A DNA stretch of 64,000 nt from an uncultured Candidatus Saccharibacteria bacterium (GCA_964474995.1 CAYYUY010000003.1:25347-89346); one strand, 5' to 3'. Numbered from the stretch's first letter, positions 17,542 through 25,684 are shown. Made by a program: numbers and translations. Notes: generated from the letters alone by a model not told the origin.

Positions 17542-17913
17542 TGTAGTTTAGTTACGTAGGCTGATGTGCCAGGTTAACCGACTAGTAGGTGATAAATTGT
17601 TGCCACTGAGGGCGACGGATTTTGACTTCCACGTTAATACCCCGCGAATTTCGCATTTTAATTTTTATTGGCATCTCTTTTGACCTCTCCCGAGCACAGG
17701 ACTACGAAAACCACCCTCACAGCAGTATTCTCAATTTGTTTTTTGATTGTTTTTGTCTTTCTACTAGTCCTCGCAGACTATTCGAAGTGGGCTCATCATC
17801 GCATAAGCAAAAGCAAGTTGTCAAGTGCTTGGTGATGCAAGAATTCAGAGTAAGACAATTTCCTAGCGCTGGAGGCTTTGTTTTGGTGTGAATTCTACTA
17901 TAATGACGTTTAT

Positions 17914-19314
17914 ATGATGGGCATTAAAACAAAGAAAAAACGCTCCAAATCTCGAAAAAGTGCCATGCAACAGGTTACTGAAGCGCCGGCGATTGCGCTT
18001 GACCGGGCAGTTTCTGGCTCTGTAGCTATGGCTGGCAAGATGCCGGGCAAGCGTGCAATCAAGAAATCCGAAGAATATTGGAACACGCTTGGGCCCGGCC
18101 TGACAACCGGCGCATCTGATGACGATCCATCAGGCATTGCGACCTATTCGCAGACCGGTGCACAGTTCGGATTCAACTTCCTCTGGTTGGCCCCACTTAC
18201 CTTTCCACTGATGTCATTTGTCCAGGAAATGTGTGCTCGAATAGGGCTCGTAACTGGGCGTGGGCTGGCTGCGAATATTCGTATGCACTATCCTCGAAAA
18301 GTCTTATTGATATGTGCGTTCTTGCTATTTGGTGCAAACGCCTTCAACATCGGTGCTGACCTCGGTGCGATGGCCAAAGGCATGCAATTACTCGCACCTG
18401 GCATACCATTTGCTTGGCTGGTGGTTGGCTTTACGGTCCTATCACTAGGACTACAGATATTCACTGACTACACCCGGTATGCTCGGTATCTCAAATGGCT
18501 GGCACTTGTACTTCTTGCCTACGTCGCATCGGCCTTGATGGCTCATCTTGATTGGAGTAATGTACTCCACCACGCCGTTACGCCGCAGCTCACATTTAGC
18601 AAAGAGGAGATTATCATCGTCTGTGCCATTCTGGGTACAACAATCTCACCATACCTGTTCTTTTGGCAGACGTCCCAGGAAGTTGAAAATGAAATTATGA
18701 AAGGTAAGCGTCTGCTCAAATCTCGTCGCAGCACCAATAGAGGCGAGATACGTCGCATGCGCATTGACGTATGGTCTGGCATGCTGCTGAGTAACATCGT
18801 GATGTTTTTCATTATCGCGGCCTGTGGCGCCGTACTGTATGGACAAGGAATCACCGAAATAACCTCTGCCGCACAAGCCGCTGAAGCCCTCAGGCCATTC
18901 GCTGGTGACGCCACGTACTTCTTGTTCGCCATCGGTATTATCGGTACCGGTCTGTTGGCGATTCCTGTCCTTGCGGGCAGCAGTTCATATGCACTCAGCG
19001 AAGCCTTTCGCTGGAAGGAAGGTCTATATCGACCGCTCAAGCAAGCCCATGCTTTCTATGGGGTCATTATCCTATCAATGTTTGCCGGACTTGGCATGAA
19101 CTTTGTTGGTATTGATCCGATCAAAGCACTGATCTATTCCGCTCTTGCCAATGGTATCATCGCACCAATCATCCTCTGCCTGATCCTCCTCATGAGTAGC
19201 AACAAAAAGATCATGGGTCGTTGGGTCAATCACCCATTCGCCACCTGGATCGGCTGGATCACAACCGGACTCATGACCATTGCCGGCGTGGCAGCCATCT
19301 GGGCTCTGGTCTAA
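17914..19314 (+). CDS. mntH: NRAMP-family divalent metal (Mn/Fe) transporter
   Basis: LGPGLTTGASDDDPSGIATYSQTGAQFGF is the NRAMP signature, and the protein is polytopic. I use the ATG at 17914, which lies 9 nt after TATAAT (17899-17904). The track start at 17878 adds an implausible N-terminus. Confidence 0.85.
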   Translation: MMGIKTKKKRSKSRKSAMQQVTEAPAIALDRAVSGSVAMAGKMPGKRAIKKSEEYWNTLGPGLTTGASDDDPSGIATYSQTGAQFGFNFLWLAPLTFPLMSFVQEMCARIGLVTGRGLAANIRMHYPRKVLLICAFLLFGANAFNIGADLGAMAKGMQLLAPGIPFAWLVVGFTVLSLGLQIFTDYTRYARYLKWLALVLLAYVASALMAHLDWSNVLHHAVTPQLTFSKEEIIIVCAILGTTISPYLFFWQTSQEVENEIMKGKRLLKSRRSTNRGEIRRMRIDVWSGMLLSNIVMFFIIAACGAVLYGQGITEITSAAQAAEALRPFAGDATYFLFAIGIIGTGLLAIPVLAGSSSYALSEAFRWKEGLYRPLKQAHAFYGVIILSMFAGLGMNFVGIDPIKALIYSALANGIIAPIILCLILLMSSNKKIMGRWVNHPFATWIGWITTGLMTIAGVAAIWALV

Positions 19315-19319
19315 ACAGC

Positions 19320-19334
19320 TTGTATCAGATACAA
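19320..19334. promoter_or_regulatory. perfect inverted repeat TTGTATC-A-GATACAA
   Basis: A 7-bp-arm palindrome in the 49-bp gap between the NRAMP and antiporter genes. It could be an operator or a weak hairpin. Confidence 0.3.
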
Positions 19335-19363
19335 TTAAGCGTAAGAATTAAACGAAAATAAAC

Positions 19364-21058
19364 ATGCACGACAGCGTCTTTCTCCAAATGAGTCTCATCA
19401 TCGCCATTGCGGCGGGGATTGCGCTTGTCATGCGCCTGATCAAGCAACCCCTGATCATTGGCCATATTTTGACAGGTGTTATCGTGGGCCCCTCTGTATT
19501 CCACCTGGCAAAATCACCTGAAACCATCGAGATATTCAGCAATATTGGTATTGCCCTACTACTCTTCATCATCGGGCTCGGGCTCAATCCGCGCGTAATC
19601 AAAGAAGTTGGAAAGGTCGCTGGCATTGCTGGTGTGGTTCAGGTACTCGCAACTGCTGGGTTTGCTTGGGGGGCAGGTATCATTCTTGGCATGACGATGA
19701 CCGAATCGATCTTCCTCGGTGTTGCCTTATCATTTAGTAGTACGATTATCATCCTGAAGCTGCTCAGTGACAAAAAAGAACAAAACCGATTGTACGGTAA
19801 AATCGCCATCGGTATCTTGCTTGTTCAGGACTTATTGGCAACGCTTGCCCTCTTATTTGTAACCGCACAGACTGGTGGCCACGGCGTGTCGGCCTCGAGC
19901 CTTGGGCTGTTATTCCTCAAGGGTGCTGGCATTGCAATTCCATTATTCTTTATTGGTAGCGTTGTGCTACCTCGCATGCACAAACTGATTGCAGGTAGCC
20001 AAGAGTTTTTGTTCTTATTCTCAATTGGCTGGGGTTTTGGTGCAGCTGCACTATTCGATATCGCTGGCTTCAGCATTGAGATTGGCGCGCTCGTAGCCGG
20101 TATCGCGCTGGCAGGTCTGCCATACACCCAAGAAATCAGTTCTCGCCTGCGCCCTTTACGTGACTTCTTCATCGTCGTATTCTTCATCTCGCTCGGAACG
20201 CGCATTGGCTTTGGTGATATTAGTTCGCTCATCCCAACAATTATTATCAGTAGTGTCATCGTCATTATTATCAAGCCGCTCATTGTGCTTGTCATGATGG
20301 GTTTACTTGGGTACACCAAGCGGACGAGCTTCAAGACCGCCGTTACCATGGCTCAAATCAGTGAATTCTCACTCGTATTTGTCATTCTCGGGAATCGGCT
20401 TGCGCTCGTATCTGACAGCCTGGTGGCCGTCGTTACAATAGTCGCCATTATATCCATTGCAGCCAGTAGTTACATGATTATTTATGCTGACAAATTGTTC
20501 TCGTTGTTTGAACTTGACCTGAGTATGTTTGAACGCCGCAAAACCCACTTCGAACAAGAATCAAAAAATAACTACGAATTCGTCCTTTTCGGATACCAAA
20601 AAGGTGGCCATGAATTTATCAAAGTATTCGAAAGCCTCAAAAAACGCTACGTTGTCATCGACTACGACCCTGAGGTTATCGATGTACTCGAGCATCGCAA
20701 ACTTGAATACCTCTACGGTGACGCAACTGATATTGAGCTGCTCGAAGAAGCTGGACTCGACAAAGCCAAGCTCATTGTTTCGACAATCACCGATCATGAA
20801 ACCAACCTATTCCTGATCAAGCTCATCGAAAAGATCAACCCACACGCCGTGGTGATTCTGCATGGTGACTCAGTCAATGAAGCCAGCCAACTTTATGAAC
20901 TCGGCGCCAGCTACGTCATCATCCCGCACTACATTGGCAGCGAAAAAGTCAGCTCATTTATCCGTAAAAGTGGTCTCAAAAAGAGCGAGTTCAAACACTA
21001 CCGCGAAAAACACATGGCATATCTGCAAGCGCACTACACGTTTGTTGACGAATCGTAG
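19364..21058 (+). CDS. CPA2 cation:proton antiporter with C-terminal RCK/TrkA-N domain (KefB/KefC-like)
   Basis: It has an Na+/H+ exchanger-type membrane domain (LIIGHILTGVIVGPS...). A Rossmann-like FVLFGYQKGGHEFIKVF...DATDIELLEEAGLDKA region follows. Confidence 0.85.
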   Translation: MHDSVFLQMSLIIAIAAGIALVMRLIKQPLIIGHILTGVIVGPSVFHLAKSPETIEIFSNIGIALLLFIIGLGLNPRVIKEVGKVAGIAGVVQVLATAGFAWGAGIILGMTMTESIFLGVALSFSSTIIILKLLSDKKEQNRLYGKIAIGILLVQDLLATLALLFVTAQTGGHGVSASSLGLLFLKGAGIAIPLFFIGSVVLPRMHKLIAGSQEFLFLFSIGWGFGAAALFDIAGFSIEIGALVAGIALAGLPYTQEISSRLRPLRDFFIVVFFISLGTRIGFGDISSLIPTIIISSVIVIIIKPLIVLVMMGLLGYTKRTSFKTAVTMAQISEFSLVFVILGNRLALVSDSLVAVVTIVAIISIAASSYMIIYADKLFSLFELDLSMFERRKTHFEQESKNNYEFVLFGYQKGGHEFIKVFESLKKRYVVIDYDPEVIDVLEHRKLEYLYGDATDIELLEEAGLDKAKLIVSTITDHETNLFLIKLIEKINPHAVVILHGDSVNEASQLYELGASYVIIPHYIGSEKVSSFIRKSGLKKSEFKHYREKHMAYLQAHYTFVDES

Positions 21059-21065
21059 GCCCCAG

Positions 21066-21737
21066 CTATTTAGAATCTGTTAGAGAAGCGCTGTACAGCC
21101 CTTCGGTCTGGATATAGCGCCATACCGCATTTGCAAGCCCTGTAGGCCGTGTCCCGCTCCGAAGTTGCCTTCTGAGCGTTACTGAAGAAACATGCTCGAG
21201 CGGCGCTACAAATACGTTGTATTGAAATCCAAGTGCTCTCGTCTCGGCAATCACCGTCAAATGATCTTTGAGGTCTTTTAGCTTACCTTCTCTCACGCCA
21301 ACCGCAAATCGTACACCCGTCACTAGACCATCAACGCGCGGCCAATGGCTCAAGCGCTTAAATACATCATCACCCATGAGCACCACGACTTCCGCATCAG
21401 CAAAACGGGCCTGCAAGTGTGGCCAGGTTTCGAGTATGCTTGGCCGCGCATCGTCGAGAATCAAGACACCAAATAGCGGATCGTCTTTGATGGCTAGTTG
21501 CACCATGGCGATGCGATGAGAGGCGGCCTTCACACCTTGCTTGTGCCGAGGTCGAGGCTCAACCACAAAGAAAACCTTATCCAGCTTTGCTTCAGCAGCT
21601 GCAGCTCGTGCAAAAGCCAGGTGGCCATCATGAACTGGATCAAATGCCCCTGCGTAGATACCAACTCTTTTAATCTTGCGGCGCCCCTTCGCAACATTTC
21701 GTGACAGAACGACATTCAGTGCACATGAAGTGCCCAT
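21066..21737 (-). CDS. nadD: nicotinate-nucleotide adenylyltransferase
   Basis: VGIYAGAFDPVHDGHLAFA is the (H/T)xGH nucleotidyltransferase motif. The start is uncertain. The ATG at 21737 adds about 21 residues that overlap a Cys-rich ORF in another frame, and the conserved core begins near 21674. Confidence 0.75.
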   Translation of the reverse strand: MGTSCALNVVLSRNVAKGRRKIKRVGIYAGAFDPVHDGHLAFARAAAAEAKLDKVFFVVEPRPRHKQGVKAASHRIAMVQLAIKDDPLFGVLILDDARPSILETWPHLQARFADAEVVVLMGDDVFKRLSHWPRVDGLVTGVRFAVGVREGKLKDLKDHLTVIAETRALGFQYNVFVAPLEHVSSVTLRRQLRSGTRPTGLANAVWRYIQTEGLYSASLTDSK

Positions 21738-21834
21738 GCACCGGCGTCAGCGGATAGTGCCCACAAACTTCACAGAAAAACTCCGGCGAACGCTCTTTTA
21801 CCATTTCTTGGTAGATTTGATCTGTCTCATCCAT
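21670..21834 (-). CDS. zinc-ribbon small protein (54 aa), not in the ORF track
   Basis: My translation is MDETDQIYQEMVKERSPEFFCEVCGHYPLTPVHGHFMCTECRSVTKCCEGAPQD. It has a CxxC-x17-CxxC pattern plus a CC pair. It starts 9 nt after the stop of the 67-aa ORF, and its TAA overlaps an in-frame ATT of nadD. Confidence 0.4.
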   Translation of the reverse strand: MDETDQIYQEMVKERSPEFFCEVCGHYPLTPVHGHFMCTECRSVTKCCEGAPQD

Positions 21835-21843
21835 AGCTATATT

Positions 21844-22047
21844 TTACCGCTTTACGCTCACCAAACAACTCGGACACGCAATAGTCGTTGGCGTCAGAAT
21901 AGCGTCAACGAGTTGCTTGCAGAATGGACACGTCACACACGGCATGAGGTTGGGGTTGTCGGTAGCTATCCTATCGTGATCAATTGCACACAGACCATCA
22001 CATGCTGCTGCCTGGTGTTCATATTCTTGTACGGTCAAATTACTCAT
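21844..22047 (-). CDS. zinc-ribbon small protein (67 aa)
   Basis: Its Cys pattern is CDGLC...CVTCPFC...CPSC. It starts 15 nt after the stop of the 434-aa gene on the same strand. Confidence 0.55.
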   Translation of the reverse strand: MSNLTVQEYEHQAAACDGLCAIDHDRIATDNPNLMPCVTCPFCKQLVDAILTPTTIACPSCLVSVKR

Positions 22048-22062
22048 ATTGGCGAACCTTTC

Positions 22063-23367
22063 CTACTTTGTTGGGTCACGGCCGTTATCAAAGGCATGCT
22101 GACATTTCGTACAAATACTACAAGGACCAACCTTGGTCTCACCAGGGCGAGTTGGACACTTTTTGACGACACAGGTGCCCTTTTTCCATTTCCAACTTGA
22201 TTTGTTTTCTGGAGACTTATCGCCAAAAATACTTGTGCGTGCATCCTCAGGTGAAAGGCCCAGTAAGTCACCTGTGCCTTCGGCGACCGCCCCAGCAAGC
22301 GCACCACCGCAGCCCACCAGGCGTTCTTGCCTCGCTGCAGCACCGGCGTAGGCTCGTTGCATTTCAAATTCAAGCTGCGTAGAGCATACAGCATACGAAC
22401 CAGGCTCTGTCATTCTACTGACAGTTACTGGAGCGGCCCCAGCTTTGATACGGTCTTTCAAAGCCGCCCAAAAACCATATGTTAGCCGCTTTTTGGCCTC
22501 AATGTTTATCGGGTCTTCGTGGGCGAGCTGTTCGAGCTTACGCATGTAGTGATCAACAAGGTCAGGCTGAGAGTGGATAAACGCCCATGCTTCAGGCTCA
22601 TTTTTAGCCATACGACCAGCTCGAAATACTTCGCCATATAGCTGTTGCATAGCGTTGTCATACGTAGCAACAAGCTGGCCCGGAAGCTGTGCTTGTTGAT
22701 GCGCATCAAGACGAGCTTGATAGCGATATCCCAAGAAATCATCAGATGTCACATCAGCCGGAATAATAATGCCCTGCCGGGCAGCGACGGCACGAAACGC
22801 CTCGAGGTCACAGTTGTCGACTGACATACTCGTCACTTCAAGTTCAGTATCGGACTTTTTGGTAAATACATAGATGAAGCCGAGTAATCGGTCGGGCTGA
22901 TAGCCATCATCCTCGACGGCCGACTTACCGTACTCGCCAAGCGCTTCTTGCGGGAACGGAGAAAAAGACACGACCGTGTTCATACCGTTGCCTTGCATCA
23001 TGGCTTCCAGAACTTCGCCTTCGTGATAATTGTGAACAGCGCGGCGGACGTTGTAGTCACGGCCTGTTCGGCCAGCTTTACGCTCTGCGGCTTCTCGGCC
23101 GAATTCGAGTGTTTGGCGCAGTGTACTGCCCATTGTATTTACAAGGCCGTGTTCAGTCTGATGAAGTGTAAAGGTTGTTTCGAGTGGTGCGTTGATGCCT
23201 TCGGCAACAAAGGTGAGTTCTTCGTCATATGCCTGCTGCCGCGTTTCTGCGCTCACCTGACCATAGCGCTCAATATCTTGTCGCATTAGCCGGATAGAAG
23301 CCTGGACGTCAAATACTCGCCCCTCCTGGGCGGCGCAGTCACGTTCCATTACTAACCCTCTGTCCAT
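22063..23367 (-). CDS. hypothetical 434-aa protein with a C-terminal zinc ribbon
   Basis: A long ORF with clean coding character. I recognised no catalytic motif. The C-terminus is CVVKKC...CSICTKC. I use the ATG at 23367 (MDRGLVMERD...); the track start at 23463 is a TTG that would translate a terminator hairpin. Confidence 0.6.
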   Translation of the reverse strand: MDRGLVMERDCAAQEGRVFDVQASIRLMRQDIERYGQVSAETRQQAYDEELTFVAEGINAPLETTFTLHQTEHGLVNTMGSTLRQTLEFGREAAERKAGRTGRDYNVRRAVHNYHEGEVLEAMMQGNGMNTVVSFSPFPQEALGEYGKSAVEDDGYQPDRLLGFIYVFTKKSDTELEVTSMSVDNCDLEAFRAVAARQGIIIPADVTSDDFLGYRYQARLDAHQQAQLPGQLVATYDNAMQQLYGEVFRAGRMAKNEPEAWAFIHSQPDLVDHYMRKLEQLAHEDPINIEAKKRLTYGFWAALKDRIKAGAAPVTVSRMTEPGSYAVCSTQLEFEMQRAYAGAAARQERLVGCGGALAGAVAEGTGDLLGLSPEDARTSIFGDKSPENKSSWKWKKGTCVVKKCPTRPGETKVGPCSICTKCQHAFDNGRDPTK

Positions 23368-23401
23368 TAAAAATACCCTCACTCTCGGGCGAAAATGAGG
23401 G
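23368..23401 (-). terminator. intrinsic terminator or attenuator abutting the start codon
   Basis: The minus-strand RNA reads CCCUCAUUUUC-GCCC-GAGAGUGAGGG-UAUUUUUA-AUG. That is an 11-bp stem (2 G-U pairs), a tetraloop and a U-run. The GAGGG in the 3' arm is the only Shine-Dalgarno-like element. Confidence 0.65.
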
Positions 23402-23733
23402 CCTAGAAACCAGGGTCCGCACTCTTGCTCGAGAGATTTTACAGCTGTATCGGACTTTCCCAATTACTTGGTTTACCGTTGCGGCACAGTTCCTGATTTG
23501 CACAGGATTCCAGCGTTCTAATGTTAATTCCTAGTAGTGTATCACGTACACGACACGCTAGATGTAGTAGTTTTGCCCACATATCAACCGATTTCACATG
23601 TTTAATTCAAAGCGTGCAAATAGCGACTGATTGGATGCTATGCAAGGCACTGGCGAAGCACGGACTGAGCCGTATTTGTAATACGGTGATGGAGTACTGG
23701 AGCCGGTAACGCAGCAGAGCGCCAAGCCAGTGG
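23402..23733 (-). promoter_or_regulatory. structured non-coding leader (candidate riboswitch, attenuator or ncRNA)
   Basis: 332 nt with no convincing ORF. CACTGGC (23648-23654) pairs with GCCAGTG (23726-23732) and encloses the hairpin CCGTATT-tgt-AATACGG (23670-23686). CUCUCG (23430-23435) can pair with CGAGAG in the terminator (23382-23387). Confidence 0.3.
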
Positions 23734-24438
23734 CTATTTGGCCTGGAAACTTGAGAGGGCGTCTATAAGTATCGAATAATCCGGCTGAATGCTGTGATCG
23801 GTATAAAGGAAGAAGTACTTATGGGCACCTTTAGCACTGCCTGTGACCGTGACTTGATTGATGCCGTCGTGCGATGCCGTGCCTACTTGGTTTTCGACAA
23901 CGTTTGGCAGGTTACAGATGAAATCTACACCTTGCCAGCGAGCGGTAGTTGGACTGAGGTGAATCGCTTTATCGGTGTCGAGCGTCCCACCCTGGGTAAA
24001 CGTGGCACAGTTTTCGGACACATCACCGACTTCGAGCGCGTTGCCTCTGGCAGTGACTGGAATTGCGCGGTTGATGGAGATACTTGGCGGAATAGTATCA
24101 ACATAGAGCTTGAGCGTACGTTGGGCATTCGTCTTTTTGGTACCCGTCCAGGTAATACTTTGCTCCTGCGTGTTAGTTACGCGAGCAGTTTCCTTCCAGT
24201 CAGTTGGAAGACTAAATGTATAAAAAGGCTCATCGATGGTGCGTTTTTCGCCGTTATCACCAACAACTTGGCCGATAACACGATTAGTACCAGTAACTTC
24301 TGCGTTACCGTTCTTCCGAAGATCATTGACCACGAGCGCCACAATACCGGCAACAAGCAACAAGCACACCACCACTGCAACCAAAATATAGTGGTGATGT
24401 TTTACTGATCGACGGTTATAACGATATTTTGCACTCAC
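23734..24438 (-). CDS. hypothetical membrane-anchored extracytoplasmic protein
   Basis: 234 aa with an N-terminal TM helix (YILVAVVVCLLLVAGIVALVV). It has a GTG start with a GGTGG Shine-Dalgarno. Confidence 0.55.
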   Translation of the reverse strand: MSAKYRYNRRSVKHHHYILVAVVVCLLLVAGIVALVVNDLRKNGNAEVTGTNRVIGQVVGDNGEKRTIDEPFYTFSLPTDWKETARVTNTQEQSITWTGTKKTNAQRTLKLYVDTIPPSISINRAIPVTARGNALEVGDVSENCATFTQGGTLDTDKAIHLSPTTARWQGVDFICNLPNVVENQVGTASHDGINQVTVTGSAKGAHKYFFLYTDHSIQPDYSILIDALSSFQAK

Positions 24439-24507
24439 CGTGGGCCACCTTAATGCCTATTATTAGGCATAAGCTTCAAAAAACAAAATTGGTAAACGGG
24501 CTAGTAA

Positions 24508-25176
24508 TTACGGGGTTGTGACTGGTCCGACAATCACCAGAAGATCAGTGTCAGTTGGTGCTGTTTCACCAGCTGGGAGCTGTCCAACTTGACCCTTGAC
24601 GAGTGATGCGAGTGTTTTGGCCTGGTCAGCACTTTTGCCAGACACATCAACAACTGTCACGCCAGTGTACGTGCCAACGCCGTTGCCACCATCATTAGAA
24701 GTGACTTTGTTCTCTGTCAGTGTCTTTTCGACTGCTGCACGAGCAGTTGCGTCACCAACTACCTTGATACGGATAGCACTTTGGGTGTTAATTGGGCCCG
24801 ACTTGACGACTTGTTTGGTTGTAGGGCGATAGATCAACGCCAATTGTGCTTTGGTGTAGATCAGTACGATGTCACCATTCTGAGCTTCGTTAAAGAATGT
24901 GTACTGCTTCTTGAGTGCTTGGTTGTCACTAACAGTCGCAATGGTGCTTGGCTCTTCGTTTGCAGGAAGGTTATAGACCTTCTTGATTTCAGACAAGATA
25001 CGAGCGTTATCACGCTTACTGAACTGATCAGCAGTCATCTTGTTAATTTGCTGGTACTTCTTGTAATACACGACGCCAAACACGGTTGGAGCGACGAGCA
25101 CGGCAATGACCAAAAGTCCTAGGATTGATTTACCTAGAAATTTTCGCCTACCGCTGTTTAATTTTCCTAATGCCAT
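24508..25176 (-). CDS. membrane-anchored protein with a LytR_C-like C-terminal domain
   Basis: It has an N-terminal TM helix. The C-terminal IRIKVVGDATARAAVEKT...VTVVDVSGKSADQAKTLA resembles LytR C-terminal domains. A strong AGGAGG Shine-Dalgarno precedes the start. Confidence 0.5.
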   Translation of the reverse strand: MALGKLNSGRRKFLGKSILGLLVIAVLVAPTVFGVVYYKKYQQINKMTADQFSKRDNARILSEIKKVYNLPANEEPSTIATVSDNQALKKQYTFFNEAQNGDIVLIYTKAQLALIYRPTTKQVVKSGPINTQSAIRIKVVGDATARAAVEKTLTENKVTSNDGGNGVGTYTGVTVVDVSGKSADQAKTLASLVKGQVGQLPAGETAPTDTDLLVIVGPVTTP

Positions 25177-25213
25177 AATTACCTCCTATCATACAGAATT
25201 ACCATAAGCATCG

Positions 25214-25684
25214 TCAAACAGATGTTGTTTCACCGACACGGGTTCGTAGTTCAGCCAGTCTCGGCATGAACGATTGAGCTGCGCCGTCGAGGCCTAAGAC
25301 CTTGAGTGCGCCCAGTAATACATAGAGCCCGTCCAGCATCCCCTGCGTCAGTTCGCCGCTGGCTTCGGCCTGCACAAAATGGTGATCAACTTTCTCCACC
25401 AGCCACTTTTCGTCACCTGGGGTGACCTCGTTAGTTTTGATTGTTGGCTGTGCCTCTTCGGCCACAACCTCAAGTGAACGTGCCGAGTGATCGCGTTTTC
25501 GAAGGTGCCCGCGCTTAATCAGACTGTTTACGTGAAGCGCAACTGTCGCAACAGATGTATAGCTCAGCCCAGCCATAATTTCGCGGTAGCTTGGTGAGTA
25601 GCCGTGCTCGCCGATGAATTCTTCGATATAACTCAATAGTTCACGCTGCTTTTTGGTTGGTCGAATTGCAGTAGCCTCAGGCAT
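25214..25684 (-). CDS. LexA-type winged-helix DNA-binding protein lacking the S24 peptidase domain
   Basis: PTKKQRELLSYIEEFIGEHGYSPSYREIMAGLSYTSVATVALHVNSLIKRGHL matches the LexA N-terminal domain. The 156-aa protein has no Ser/Lys autocleavage module. Confidence 0.65.
   Translation of the reverse strand: MPEATAIRPTKKQRELLSYIEEFIGEHGYSPSYREIMAGLSYTSVATVALHVNSLIKRGHLRKRDHSARSLEVVAEEAQPTIKTNEVTPGDEKWLVEKVDHHFVQAEASGELTQGMLDGLYVLLGALKVLGLDGAAQSFMPRLAELRTRVGETTSV

Noticed and set aside
17622-17891. 89-aa ORF filling the gap upstream of the NRAMP gene.
   Set aside because: It has a non-ATG start and no Shine-Dalgarno. Its composition is implausible (runs of F, I, L, S and C), and it reads through probable promoter sequence. 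I treat the region as non-coding.
17542-17913. yybP-ykoY manganese riboswitch upstream of mntH, and a T-box-like GAGGGUGG (minus strand, about 17711-17719).
   Set aside because: I could not find the conserved GGGGAGUAG and UUGACA...AAGAC cores of yybP-ykoY. The T-box-like string is on the strand with no downstream gene and lacks the rest of the T-box consensus.
23451-23461. GGGAAAGUCCG on the minus strand, resembling the RNase P RNA CR-I element. ACGGUAAAC and CAGUCCGUG lie nearby.
   Set aside because: The motifs are in the wrong order and spacing for RNase P RNA. The other universally conserved regions (the GGUAAGAGCGCACC-like and ACAGAAnCCGGCUUA-like elements) are absent. A protein-coding gene follows within 90 nt.
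23521-23709. 62-aa plus-strand ORF inside the 23.4-23.7 kb leader.
   Set aside because: It has no ribosome-binding site and an odd composition. It lies antisense within a region that folds into stems. I judged it spurious.
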